Below, piece after piece: positions 25,722-36,872 of a stretch of 64,000 nucleotides of DNA. Made by a program: the position numbers and the translations under genes. Origin of the DNA: an uncultured Pseudomonadota bacterium (GTDB lineage Bacteria > Pseudomonadota > Alphaproteobacteria > RF32 > CAG-239). Location: assembly GCA_947054505.1 (NCBI GenBank), contig CAMRWU010000009.1, positions 2,449 through 66,448 on the forward strand, given 5' to 3'. The notes under the pieces are model-generated. The model made no database searches. It was not told where the DNA came from and was given only the letters and a program-made list of their open reading frames with translations. Numbering within the stretch: the stretch's first letter is position 1; each line of letters begins with the position of its first letter.

Positions 25722-26588
25722 TTATCTTATTTTTTGAGCGCGTAGAGCGGATAATGACAGGTTTTGCGAATTGTCTGGCGCCGGAACGGAGGAAAGGTCA
25801 TATTCACGTCCGTTAATGACAAAAGTCATATATGCTTTGGTGACGTCTTGAAGCATCTTATCATCAGATGTTTCCGGCAAATGAGCTGTTTCTTTGAGGT
25901 AATCGTTCCAGCGGGCATCAAAGTCGCCGTATTCTTTGTAATATCGTTGATTCCGCGGACTCTTCAACCACTGTTCTTTTCTTTTTTCAAACACGTTTCT
26001 CATTTCAGAAACATTTGAGGGCGGGGATTGTGTAAAGTTTTCCGCCGTGCTCGCCGTCTGTTCATCTAAAAAGCACAATGCGATAAACTGCTCTCTTGTC
26101 AATCGTTGACCGTATTTTTGATGGATTTGTTTAAACCTGCCATCATTAAAATCATGTTTCAACTCATGAGCCACGGAGATGGCAACATCTTCATCTGCCA
26201 ATTTTTGAAATTGTGATTTTATGTCTTGGAGATCTTGAGCGTCAGCCGGTGATAATGTGTCTTTCAGACAATCATCAATGCAAAGCATATAGCCGTAAAC
26301 AATCACGCTCGGATTAACTTTATTGGAGTATTCTGCCAGTTTTGTCGGTGAAGGGCAGTTTTGTTCCGAAATATTTTTAAGGTGAAGCTTTCCGTCATTA
26401 TCCTCTCGGCGAACGATATATGTTTCGGGATAATAGCGCAGACGAATACCTCGTTTTTTTTGTTCTTCCGACAAATTCTCGTCACCAAAACGCGATTCTT
26501 CCGGCCAAACCAGCGGAGTAGTCCCCTTTGGGATGTAGAACGCATCGCGTCCGCCGCAACCGTTATTTAAGCGATTGATATATGCCAT
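25722..26588 (-). CDS. Hypothetical protein with HExxH zinc-protease-like motif
   Basis: AAGGAG SD before ATG 26588 and TATAAT at 26607-26612; VAHELKH plus downstream DEQTA; basic C-terminus. Confidence 0.7.
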   Translation of the reverse strand: MAYINRLNNGCGGRDAFYIPKGTTPLVWPEESRFGDENLSEEQKKRGIRLRYYPETYIVRREDNDGKLHLKNISEQNCPSPTKLAEYSNKVNPSVIVYGYMLCIDDCLKDTLSPADAQDLQDIKSQFQKLADEDVAISVAHELKHDFNDGRFKQIHQKYGQRLTREQFIALCFLDEQTASTAENFTQSPPSNVSEMRNVFEKRKEQWLKSPRNQRYYKEYGDFDARWNDYLKETAHLPETSDDKMLQDVTKAYMTFVINGREYDLSSVPAPDNSQNLSLSALRAQKIR

Positions 26589-26636
26589 AGCTTTCTCCTT
26601 AAAGCAATTATAGCCTTTTTGCGGCAAAAAATCCAT

Positions 26637-26666
26637 AAAAAAAGCCGAAGAAATTCTCCGGCTTTT
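26637..26666 (-). terminator. Intrinsic terminator of eno
   Basis: Minus strand AAAAGCCGGAG-AATTT-CTTCGGCTTTTTTT. Confidence 0.8.
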
Positions 26667-26686
26667 GCAAATGAAAGGGTTAAATC

Positions 26687-27973
<1,287 letters not shown>

Positions 27974-28131
27974 CTAATTAATAAAAACACTGGCTATAAC
28001 TTGTTTTATTTTTGCGCGGATGTCAAGAAAAAGTCTTTAGTTGATAGCCATTTATTTCAAATTATTATTTTTATATTGTAAGTTTATGATAAAGCTTATA
28101 AACTAAGCAAAAATAACAAGGGAGGACGGCA

Positions 28132-28596
28132 ATGTTTTCGGACAAATGGCATCAGCGTTTTATGGATGTGGCAGAATTGGTTGCAAGTTGGTCAAAAGAC
28201 CCGTCGACCAAAACCGGAGCCGTTGTTGTGGGGCCGGATAGAGAAATTCGCGCCACCGGTTATAATGGCTTGGTCCGTGGAGTTGATGATGACAAGCAGG
28301 AGCGGATGGAGCGCCCGACCAAATACGATTTTTTTGAACATGCCGAACGTAATGCAATTTATAACGCCTGCCTGACCGGCACGTCGCTCAAGGGATGTGT
28401 GATGTATGCGACACATGCGCCCTGCACGGACTGTTGTCGGGCGATTATTCAATCGGGGATTAAGATGGTCGTTACTCATGAGGTGAAGATTGACAAGTCT
28501 ACCCCGCAGAACACTTGGCGTGATAAGTTGGGTTATTCTGAACAAATGTTTCGTGAAGCGGGGATTGAAGTCAAGTATCTGCCACAAAAAGAATAA
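28132..28596 (+). CDS. dCMP deaminase (ComEB family)
   Basis: SKDPSTKTGA, TGYNG, HAERNAI and PCTDC zinc motifs; GGAGG SD. Confidence 0.9.
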   Translation: MFSDKWHQRFMDVAELVASWSKDPSTKTGAVVVGPDREIRATGYNGLVRGVDDDKQERMERPTKYDFFEHAERNAIYNACLTGTSLKGCVMYATHAPCTDCCRAIIQSGIKMVVTHEVKIDKSTPQNTWRDKLGYSEQMFREAGIEVKYLPQKE

Positions 28597-28713
28597 AACA
28601 GGCTCTTTAAATCTTCGCAAGGTGTTATATATAGCAATTAATAAATATTTAATGAAAAACTGCTAGGACTTGAAACACACCAATTTAACGCTGTAGTGAT
28701 GCAGGAGAAGACG

Positions 28714-29340
28714 ATGAAAATTCTGATTGCGGACGACCATGCTTTGTTTCGTGACGGTTTGACAATGCATCTGGAAAAACTTGTGCCACAGGCTGTCATT
28801 TTGCAGGCCGCTAATTATACGCAGGCGATAAAACTGCTGAACGATGATAAAAAAATTGATTTAATTGTTGCTGATTTGGATATGCAGGACATGCGCTGGG
28901 AAGACGGCTTGGCGGAAATGCGCCGTCGTGCGCCGGAAGCCCGTATTGTCGTGATTTCCGCCAGCGAGGAAAACAAGAATATAAAAAGAGCGCTCGAGCT
29001 GGGGATTAGCGGTTATATCTCCAAACGAGCGGAAACAAAGGTTATGATTTCGGCCTTAAAGCTGGTTTTGGATGGCGGAACATATCTGCCGCCATCGATT
29101 ATTGAAAGCGCCAGCACCGGTCTGTTTAGTGACGGGGAAAATAAAAACAGATTGTTGACACCTCGTCAGTCTGAAGTTTTAGGTTTTGTCGCCGAAGGTT
29201 TGTCTAACAAGCAAATAGCCTATGAAATGGGGGTATCAGAGGCAACGGTAAAGTTGCATATCAACGCTTTGTTACGTGCCGTTGGAGCGACAAACCGTAC
29301 GCAAGCCGTTATCACCGCCCAGCGTATGGGGTTGATCTGA
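28714..29340 (+). CDS. NarL/LuxR family response regulator
   Basis: ILIADDH receiver domain; LTPRQSEVL...GLSNKQIA...SEATVKLH HTH; AGGAG SD before ATG 28714. Confidence 0.93.
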   Translation: MKILIADDHALFRDGLTMHLEKLVPQAVILQAANYTQAIKLLNDDKKIDLIVADLDMQDMRWEDGLAEMRRRAPEARIVVISASEENKNIKRALELGISGYISKRAETKVMISALKLVLDGGTYLPPSIIESASTGLFSDGENKNRLLTPRQSEVLGFVAEGLSNKQIAYEMGVSEATVKLHINALLRAVGATNRTQAVITAQRMGLI

Positions 29341-29356
29341 TTTCCTTTCTTTCCTT

Positions 29357-29384
29357 AAAGCCGACCGAATTGGTCGGTTTTTTT
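29357..29384 (+). terminator. Intrinsic terminator
   Basis: AAAGCCGACC-GAATT-GGTCGGTTTTTTT. Confidence 0.85.
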
Positions 29385-29467
29385 GTTGAAAACTTGACAA
29401 AAATAGTGCGATGATAACTTGAGCGCAAACAAAAATTATTAATAACAATTCTTAAAACTAAAAAATT

Positions 29468-30042
29468 ATGGAAAAAACTGAAAGAGCTGGTTCTCTGGTT
29501 TTGGCCGCTGTTTTCCTCACTTGGGGATGGTCGTTGCCCGGAACAGCGTATATGGTGGTTGCTCTCGTAGGCTTGCTACCGGCGTGGCAGGAGTTGTTTC
29601 TGCAATAGCAGAAACACATTTGATCGGTTGTTTGGAGTTGGTCGAATCCCACGGATTTATTTCAAAAACATATGTTCCATTATTTAAATGAAAAACGGTA
29701 TGAAAATTTGGTATATTATTCTGATTTTTGCCGGTGTTATCGGTGGCTTTTTCGGGATTCGCGATGTCATGAAGGATCGCTGCCTTCAGGAGGACGCGAT
29801 AACTCTTAATCATGTTGGCTATGTCTTCTGAGTGGCAAGGACTTGTAGAAAAAACGAACAAATGGAGCGGTGACTATATCGTGAACAGATGTTTGAATGA
29901 CTACATGTTGAGCGCTGAAAAACTCAAGAAGACACAGAAAACCCGAAAGGATATAAATCTTTTCGCCGATTTATGGGGCGAGCACAGAGAAAAAATCAAG
30001 CTTTCAAGCCTACGGTCGAAACAGTGTATGTCAAGCGAATAG
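29468..30042 (+). pseudogene. Probable decayed/frameshifted membrane protein gene(s) or cluster of small ORFs
   Basis: TTGACA at 29394; hydrophobic ORFs at 29468-29608 (46 aa) and 29700-29831 (43 aa); the latter can be joined to 29812-30042 by a single frameshift. Confidence 0.35.
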
Positions 30043-30102
30043 CTATTTCGCCGGATATGATTATGATGTCTCCGACCACTTATCGAGAGCGCTTTTTTGT
30101 GT

Positions 30103-30561
30103 TTAATATGTTGCCGGAATAACGCGGGCTTGTTTTCCGTAAAGGACAATGCATTTTTGCCCCGGAGTCAGCAAAACGTCTGTTCCCTGAGTGATGGTGA
30201 CCAGATTGCCGTTTTCCAGTTGAATAACATATTCATAACCTGCTTGGTTGGATAAAGCGCCTTGAGCCGCATCGCCGGCCATGCCTCCGAGAACAGCTCC
30301 GCCGATGCCGCCGAGGATGTGCACGGCATCTGTACCGCCGATCATGGAGCCAGCCACGGCACCGGCAGCGCCGCCGAGCAATGTTCCTGCGCCGTTATCG
30401 CTTTGCAACTGAACTTGTCTGACATTAACGACGGTCCCTCTAACGGCGCGGTTGACTTGTCCGGCACCGGCGGTGGCGTATTCGTTGGCGCCGATTCTAG
30501 ACGTGCAGGCATTGACCATCAAGGTCAGCGGCAGGATAAGCAATAAGGCTAGTTTTTTCAT
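30103..30561 (-). CDS. Glycine-zipper outer membrane lipoprotein (SlyB/Pcp/17-kDa antigen family)
   Basis: Lipobox VNAC; GTLLGGAAGAVAGSMIGG...IGGAVLGGMAG zipper; GYEYVIQLENG; GGAG SD before ATG 30561. Confidence 0.88.
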   Translation of the reverse strand: MKKLALLLILPLTLMVNACTSRIGANEYATAGAGQVNRAVRGTVVNVRQVQLQSDNGAGTLLGGAAGAVAGSMIGGTDAVHILGGIGGAVLGGMAGDAAQGALSNQAGYEYVIQLENGNLVTITQGTDVLLTPGQKCIVLYGKQARVIPATY

Positions 30562-30706
30562 CGTCAATCTCCAAATTAATTTAACTGATTGAAATTTAAT
30601 ACGTATATAAATAAATGTCAATCTGGACAAGTTGCGATTCTTGTAATATAGTCGGCATGATTACGGGCAGTAATCTGATGAAAAGAGATTTTTTAGGGAA
30701 AAATAA

Positions 30707-32095
30707 ATGTTACAAAGAACAAAAATTGTAAAGCTTTTGGCCTCTGAACAACCACAGGCTGAAGTATTGGTTAAAGGCTGGGTCAGAACCCGCCGCGATG
30801 CAAAAGATTTTTCATTTATCGAACTGAATGACGGTTCTTGTTTAAAGAATATTCAGGTTATTGCCAATAATACCTTGCCGAATTATGACGATGTTAAAAA
30901 AGTGACAACAGGTTCTTCTCTGGCGGTTAAGGGCGCTTTGGTTGAATCCAAGGGTGGTAGTCAGAAATATGAAATTGTTGCTGATAGTGTTGAAATTTAC
31001 AGCTTGGCACCGGAGGACTACCCTCTGCAAAAGAAAAAACATACTGATGAATACCTGCGCACCATTGCCCACTTGCGTCCGCGTACGAATAAGTATGGAG
31101 CTGCTTTCCGGATTCGTTCGGAACTGTCTTATGCTATTCATAAGTTTTTCAATGAACGGGGCTTCCGCTATGTCCACACACCGCTGATTACCGGTTCGGA
31201 TTGCGAAGGCGCCGGTGAGATGTTCCGCGTCACCACGCTGGATATGGACAAGTTGCCTAAAACACCGGACGGAAAAATCGATTATACTCAGGACTTCTTT
31301 GGTAAAGAAGCGCATCTGACGGTTTCCGGTCAGCTGAATGGTGAGATGTATGCTATGGGGCTAGGGGATATTTATACTTTCGGTCCGACATTCCGGGCTG
31401 AAAATTCCAACACAACTCGTCATGCCGCCGAGTTTTGGATGATTGAACCGGAGATGGCTTTTGCCGATATTTATGATGATATGGATTTGGCAGAAGATAT
31501 GGTTAAGTTCTGCATTAATCACCTGCTGGAACATTGTCATGAAGACTTGGAATTGTTTGACCGTTTTGTTGAAACGGGGTTGTTTGACAAACTGCATAAT
31601 ATTGTTGAAAACGGCTTTGCCCGCATTACCTATGCCGAGGCGATTGATATCATGAAGAAGTCCGGTCAAAAATTTGAATATGAACCGGAATTCGGTATCG
31701 ATATGCAAACGGAACATGAGCGTTTTCTTGCTGAAAAGCATTTCAAACGTCCGGTAATTGTTCGCGACTATCCAAAAGAAATCAAGGCATTTTACATGCG
31801 CTTGAATGATGATGGTCGTACCGTTGCCGCTATGGATGTTTTGGTTCCCGGAATTGGTGAGTTGATTGGCGGTTCTCAGCGTGAAGAACGTTATGATGTT
31901 TTGGTCGAGCGCATTAAAGAAATGGGCATGACCGAAGCTGATTATGACTGGTATCTCGATTCTCGTCGCTATGGTTCTGTGCCGCATGCCGGTTTTGGTT
32001 TGGGCTTTGAGCGGATGATGATGTTGGTTACTGGTATCTCGAACATCCGTGATGTTATTCCGTTCCCCAGAACCCCGAATTCAATCAATTTCTAG
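30707..32095 (+). CDS. asnS: Asparagine--tRNA ligase
   Basis: [67 protein letters not shown]. Confidence 0.97.
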   Translation: MLQRTKIVKLLASEQPQAEVLVKGWVRTRRDAKDFSFIELNDGSCLKNIQVIANNTLPNYDDVKKVTTGSSLAVKGALVESKGGSQKYEIVADSVEIYSLAPEDYPLQKKKHTDEYLRTIAHLRPRTNKYGAAFRIRSELSYAIHKFFNERGFRYVHTPLITGSDCEGAGEMFRVTTLDMDKLPKTPDGKIDYTQDFFGKEAHLTVSGQLNGEMYAMGLGDIYTFGPTFRAENSNTTRHAAEFWMIEPEMAFADIYDDMDLAEDMVKFCINHLLEHCHEDLELFDRFVETGLFDKLHNIVENGFARITYAEAIDIMKKSGQKFEYEPEFGIDMQTEHERFLAEKHFKRPVIVRDYPKEIKAFYMRLNDDGRTVAAMDVLVPGIGELIGGSQREERYDVLVERIKEMGMTEADYDWYLDSRRYGSVPHAGFGLGFERMMMLVTGISNIRDVIPFPRTPNSINF

Positions 32096-32104
32096 GAGAA
32101 AAAT

Positions 32105-32764
32105 ATGCGGTATCTTGCCTCTGTTTGTGCGTTGTTGTTAACAATCAATACGGTCTATGCGCAAGATGCCGCTGTCTCTGTTGAAGATAAAAATGTTCCG
32201 GTTAGGGAAAGTGCCGGTTCTTTGTTAAAAAAAGTCGGAAACTATCTGGATTCTATAGCTGAGGAAATGGCGGAGAGTGAAAATATCGGCAACGAGGAAA
32301 ACCAAACACAATTTAATGCGTTCGGTCTTCCGGAAAATGTTGTCGGCGTTGTGAATAATGCAGAAAAAAACTCCGAAGACGCGACAGGAATGTCTTTTCC
32401 GAATTGTGATGATGAACGTTTATTGGCGGAAACAAGGCGTTTGATGGATGAAAAGCAAAGTCAGGTTGCAACTGAAAACATTTATCAATATCGGCGCCAG
32501 CAGTTGGTCGCCAAGAATATGGAGCATTTTGTCAGCGTTGATGCCTCAGAATTTAAGCCGCATGACAACTATGAGGTTGCTGATCGCATCATCACCCTTA
32601 AAATAAACAAGGGGATTCCCGCCGATGCGTTTCGGATTTGCAGGGGAAGCAACAGCATTATCGGGCGTGAGGTTTTTCTGTTGATGTATCCACAAAATGA
32701 TAAAGTCCTCGTTGAGGTTCTCAATTACACGCCATCCGCGCCTCTTCGTTTCACTGTTCAATAA
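32105..32764 (+). CDS. Exported hypothetical protein
   Basis: Signal peptide (VYA-Q); AGGAG SD; two Cys in the mature part. Confidence 0.7.
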   Translation: MRYLASVCALLLTINTVYAQDAAVSVEDKNVPVRESAGSLLKKVGNYLDSIAEEMAESENIGNEENQTQFNAFGLPENVVGVVNNAEKNSEDATGMSFPNCDDERLLAETRRLMDEKQSQVATENIYQYRRQQLVAKNMEHFVSVDASEFKPHDNYEVADRIITLKINKGIPADAFRICRGSNSIIGREVFLLMYPQNDKVLVEVLNYTPSAPLRFTVQ

Positions 32765-32890
32765 AGATTTAAAAGTTTCTTGCAAAATGATTGAAAAAAA
32801 TCTAATATCTTTCTTTGCAAATATATTGGAATTTGGAAAAATAAACTTAAGTATATAGACGAACGGATATTGAAAAGAGGTTGAAATATT

Positions 32891-33790
32891 ATGGCTATCG
32901 GATCTGAGCTTATACTTAAAACATCATCAAACCTACCGGCTCGGTTGAGTGACAACAGCTTGGCCGCTTATCTGGAACAGATTAGAAAGTTTCCGGTTCT
33001 GTCTGAGGATGAGGAAACTCATCTTATCCTTGATTTCAAAGAGAATAAAAATATGCGTGCGGCTCAAACGTTGGTTACTTCTCATTTGCGTCTTGCCGCC
33101 AAAATCGCCTTTAATTATCGTCACTACGGGTTGCCGTTGGCTGATTTGATTTCCGAAGCAAATATCGGATTGATGCAAGCTGTTAAAAAGTTTGATTTAT
33201 CCAAAAAAGTCCGCCTGTCGACTTATGCAATCTGGTGGATTAAGGCCGCTATTAATGACTATATCCTGCGCTCATGGTCATTGGTAAAAATCGGTACCCG
33301 TGCCGCTCAAAAGAAGTTGTTCTATAATCTTAACCGTATAAAAGCCAAATTGGGTATTTATGAAAATAAAGAGCTGGAACCGGAGGTCGTCAAATCTATT
33401 GCACGGGAATTGGTTGTTGATGAGAATGAAGTCCGTGAGATGAACAGACGCCTTGGCGGAGACAGCTCATTAAATGTTTCTGTTTCGGATGAAGATGATA
33501 ATGAGCGAATTGACCTCATCGCCGACAAATCTCAGAATATTGAAGAAAGTTTTGCCAGACGGCAAGAAGCCGGCTATAAAGCGCGTGTCTTGCAAAAATG
33601 TTTGGCGCGTCTGAATGAACGAGAGGCATATATCATTAAGAATCGTATGTTGCGCGAAACACCGGAGACGCTGGAGATTATCGGCGAAAAATATGGTGTC
33701 AGCAGAGAACGTGTTCGTCAGATTGAGCAAAAGGCTTTTGAAAAATTAAAAGAGCTTGTTTTGCTTGAAATGAATACTCAGATGTGCTAA
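32891..33790 (+). CDS. rpoH: RNA polymerase sigma-32 factor
   Basis: LVTSHLRL, DLISEANIGLMQAVKKFD, YILRSWSLVKIGT, RpoH box QKKLFYNL, GVSRERVRQIE. Confidence 0.95.
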   Translation: MAIGSELILKTSSNLPARLSDNSLAAYLEQIRKFPVLSEDEETHLILDFKENKNMRAAQTLVTSHLRLAAKIAFNYRHYGLPLADLISEANIGLMQAVKKFDLSKKVRLSTYAIWWIKAAINDYILRSWSLVKIGTRAAQKKLFYNLNRIKAKLGIYENKELEPEVVKSIARELVVDENEVREMNRRLGGDSSLNVSVSDEDDNERIDLIADKSQNIEESFARRQEAGYKARVLQKCLARLNEREAYIIKNRMLRETPETLEIIGEKYGVSRERVRQIEQKAFEKLKELVLLEMNTQMC

Positions 33791-33819
33791 TATAAATAAA
33801 CACCCAACAGGAAAAACAG

Positions 33820-34023
33820 ATGAAAACTGCTGATGCACATATCGGTATCCATACTAAACCGGAAAATTCCGCTTCTCTTTGGGGCGAGGAGCTGAGCATT
33901 GATGCATTTTGTCAGAGAATGTCGGCTCGGTTTCATAAGGTTTGGTGTGTTAATCATGGCCAAGATTACGAAAAAACAGTAGAAAAACAATCTTTTCATC
34001 GCGAAGACTACATGCGTTCATAA
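33820..34023 (+). CDS. Small hypothetical protein (67 aa)
   Basis: AGGA SD; fills the gap between rpoH and the terminator. Confidence 0.5.
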   Translation: MKTADAHIGIHTKPENSASLWGEELSIDAFCQRMSARFHKVWCVNHGQDYEKTVEKQSFHREDYMRS

Positions 34024-34041
34024 AATTTTTAGATTTATGAG

Positions 34042-34068
34042 GCATCTTAAAAGAAGATGCTTTTTTTT
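34042..34068 (+). terminator. Intrinsic terminator
   Basis: GCATCTT-AAAAG-AAGATGC-TTTTTTTT. Confidence 0.65.
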
Positions 34069-34081
34069 ATGGACCAAACTG

Positions 34082-34939
34082 ATGAATACAAATATTGAAA
34101 CGATTCTTGATACAGCAGTTATGCGTTTGCGCAAAGCTCAAATTCCTAATGCTCGTCTGGATGCTCGAATTCTGCTGGCCGGAATTTTAGGGTGCGAAGC
34201 CTGTGAGGTTCTGTTCTGTGATAAGAGTTTGACGCCGGCGCAGTCTCAGCGCTTTTTTAGTATGATAGACCAGCGATGCAACCACAAACCTGTCGATAAA
34301 ATTTTAGGAACAAAAGGTTTTTACAAATACGATTTTCAGGTTGATGGTCATGTTCTGTCTCCTCGGCCAGATACGGAAGTTTTGGTCGAGGCGGTCATAG
34401 ATTATATCCGCATGCATGATGTTGATAAAGTTTTGGATCTCGGAACCGGTTCCGGATGCATTTTGTTGTCAGTGTTATCAGAATTTTCCGGTTTGAAAGG
34501 TGTGGGGGTTGATGTCTCTCAGCCGGCATTGGCGGTTGCTCAAAAAAACGCAGAGATATTGCAAGTGTCAGAACAGGTGGAATTAAAACGGTTGAGCTGG
34601 TTTTCAGAGAGTTTTATTGAAGATATCGGTGAGATGTTTGATGTTATTGTGTCAAATCCGCCCTACATTCCCAACAAGGAAATTGACGAGCTTGATGAAG
34701 AAGTCAAAAACTATGATCCTCTGGCTGCGTTGGATGGCGGAGAAGATGGGTTGGAGAGCTATCGTCGTTTGGCGATGATTATGCCGTCTTTGCTCAAAGA
34801 AAACGGGATGCTTTTTCTTGAGGTCGGAAAGGGGCAGGCTACCGAGGTTGGATGTCTGTTTTGCAGTTATGGTTTAAAATTGATACAAATTATTAAAGAC
34901 TTAGGTGGCATCGAAAGATGTGTAATCTTAAAAAAATAG
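34082..34939 (+). CDS. prmC: Release factor glutamine methyltransferase
   Basis: VLSPRPDTEVLV, LDLGTGSGCI, VSNPPYI, ALDGGEDGL; start moved to ATG 34082. Confidence 0.95.
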   Translation: MNTNIETILDTAVMRLRKAQIPNARLDARILLAGILGCEACEVLFCDKSLTPAQSQRFFSMIDQRCNHKPVDKILGTKGFYKYDFQVDGHVLSPRPDTEVLVEAVIDYIRMHDVDKVLDLGTGSGCILLSVLSEFSGLKGVGVDVSQPALAVAQKNAEILQVSEQVELKRLSWFSESFIEDIGEMFDVIVSNPPYIPNKEIDELDEEVKNYDPLAALDGGEDGLESYRRLAMIMPSLLKENGMLFLEVGKGQATEVGCLFCSYGLKLIQIIKDLGGIERCVILKK

Positions 34940-35095
34940 GTTGCAATTACTAAATTAATCTGTAATATGCAGGGTATTCGGTGACATGGTTTAGTTTTTT
35001 GTTTGTCGCCCTTTATTTCCAAAAAGCAAAATTTTAATTAATCAGATTTTAGGTAATGACTTTCGGGGTACCGAAAAGATAAGTGTGGTATTTAT

Positions 35096-35590
35096 ATGAA
35101 AAAAAATAATAAATTTCGTAATAACAATTATAACAATCAGATTTTTTCTTTGAATTATCGTTTTGACAGCATCAGTCCTGCAGGAAAATGTAGCGGAACG
35201 GCTTTGGATTTGATTAAAAGATATAACGAATTGGCAAAAGAGGCACAAGGTAACGGCAATCTTGTCGAGGCAGAAGTTTTTCGCCAATATGCCGAACATT
35301 ATCGTAAGATTGTAACCGAGGTCAACGAGCGGAAAAATCAGCAACAGCCTCGTCCGGTTAAAGTTGTTGATGAAGAAAATCAAGAAGCTCATGAACAGGC
35401 GACAGAAGTTGAAAAAAACGTTGCTGATGATAATGCTGAAGCTGTATCTACACCGGCAAAGCGTGAGTTTAAAGTTATTGAGATTACATCTGTCGAACCG
35501 GCGAAAGAAGAGCCTTCTCAAAAAGAAGAAACAGCCAAACCGGCACGCGGACGCGGTCGTCGCAAAAATGAAACTGCGGCTGTATTATAA
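35096..35590 (+). CDS. DUF4167 family protein
   Basis: FDS...GTALDLIKRYNELAKEAQGNGNLVEAEVFRQYAEHYRK; typical alphaproteobacterial prmC-DUF4167-clpB synteny. Confidence 0.85.
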   Translation: MKKNNKFRNNNYNNQIFSLNYRFDSISPAGKCSGTALDLIKRYNELAKEAQGNGNLVEAEVFRQYAEHYRKIVTEVNERKNQQQPRPVKVVDEENQEAHEQATEVEKNVADDNAEAVSTPAKREFKVIEITSVEPAKEEPSQKEETAKPARGRGRRKNETAAVL

Positions 35591-35651
35591 TCTTAACCTA
35601 AAATTTAATTTTATAAGATAAGCTGTCGCCGAATGTAGACGGAGGCGGAGC

Positions 35652-36806
35652 ATGCTTTTTTATTTATCAGTGTTAATAATCTTTGTTGCTTGCTCGGCAA
35701 TAACGATAAAAACTGTTGTCGGTTACAGCGGATTTAACCTGACGACCAAAATTTGGTTGGCTTTTCTAGTTTTGCTGGGATGGTTTTCTCCGTTGTTGCT
35801 TTGTGGCTTGTCCGGTATCCACGAATTAAATGATAACGTATATAACATCATTTCTTATGCCGGATATACATTGTTTGGCTTTATGATAATTTTCCTGACC
35901 TTGTTGATGTTGCGAGATATCGTTTGGTATGCGATTTACGGTATTGTTTGTCTTTTTCAGATAGATGCTTGGTCTGTGAACCCTAAAAATGTCAGTATGC
36001 TGAACAAAGCTAATTTTATCGTTTTTCTTTGTGCTTTGCTTGTAAGTGCTTTTGCATTGCGCGGAGGATGGGAACGTCCTAAACTGAATGAAATAAACAT
36101 CAACTCTTCCTTGGTTACGGAAGATGTTCGGATTGTTCAGATAAGTGACTTGCACATTACCAGAAGCACATCTGACGAACGGCTTCGCAATATTGTCTAT
36201 GAGGTCAATGCTTTGGCGCCGCATGTTATTGTAATGACCGGCGATATTATGGATGATACCCTGATAAAGATTGATAAAAAACTGGATATTCTAAAGGAAT
36301 TGAACGCTCCTTTTGGTGTTTATTCCGTCGTGGGCAATCATGAATTTTATTCCGGATTGAATGCTTGGAGCTACAAGGCTAGACAACTGGGGATACACAT
36401 TTTGTTCAATCGCGGAATCTTGTTAAAGCCTTTGAATATTTTCTTGTCCGGTATTCCAGATGCCTATACGGCATTTTCTCATCCGACGTTTAATATTAAT
36501 TTTGAAAAGGCGTTGAAAGGGAGCAAAAAAGAAAATTATCGCATTTTATTGTCTCATAATCCGAGCGTGATTGATAACTTAACATCGTTTAATTATGATA
36601 TGATGCTTTCAGGCCATACGCATGGCGGTCAGATTTTTCCCATGCACTATTTTGTAAAAAAAGCAAACAGCGGTTATTTGTCTGGTTCGTATAAAGTTAA
36701 CGGCATTGATTTATATGTTTCCTCCGGTGCCGGAACATGGGGGCCTATGATGCGCCTTTTTGCACCTTCTGAAATTACGCTCATTAATATTTTTTCAAAG
36801 AAATAA
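35652..36806 (+). CDS. Membrane-anchored metallophosphoesterase
   Basis: N-terminal TM helices; SDLH, GDIMD, GNHE, LSHNP and SGHTHGGQ calcineurin-like motifs. Confidence 0.9.
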   Translation: MLFYLSVLIIFVACSAITIKTVVGYSGFNLTTKIWLAFLVLLGWFSPLLLCGLSGIHELNDNVYNIISYAGYTLFGFMIIFLTLLMLRDIVWYAIYGIVCLFQIDAWSVNPKNVSMLNKANFIVFLCALLVSAFALRGGWERPKLNEININSSLVTEDVRIVQISDLHITRSTSDERLRNIVYEVNALAPHVIVMTGDIMDDTLIKIDKKLDILKELNAPFGVYSVVGNHEFYSGLNAWSYKARQLGIHILFNRGILLKPLNIFLSGIPDAYTAFSHPTFNINFEKALKGSKKENYRILLSHNPSVIDNLTSFNYDMMLSGHTHGGQIFPMHYFVKKANSGYLSGSYKVNGIDLYVSSGAGTWGPMMRLFAPSEITLINIFSKK

Positions 36807-36817
36807 TTTGAAGCTTC

Positions 36818-36847
36818 CTTGATTTTTCTTCCGTGCATGAACTATAT
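36818..36847 (+). promoter_or_regulatory. Putative promoter of clpB (RpoH- or RpoD-type)
   Basis: CTTGAT-17 nt-ACTATAT fits the alphaproteobacterial CTTG...CTATAT pattern. Confidence 0.5.
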
Positions 36848-36872
36848 TTAATATAAACAAGGGAGAAAAGAG

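Noticed and set aside
28132-28596. Deaminase as an anti-phage dCTP deaminase system
   Set aside because: Short single-domain ComEB/dCMP deaminase with no kinase-like domain and no defence-gene neighbours.
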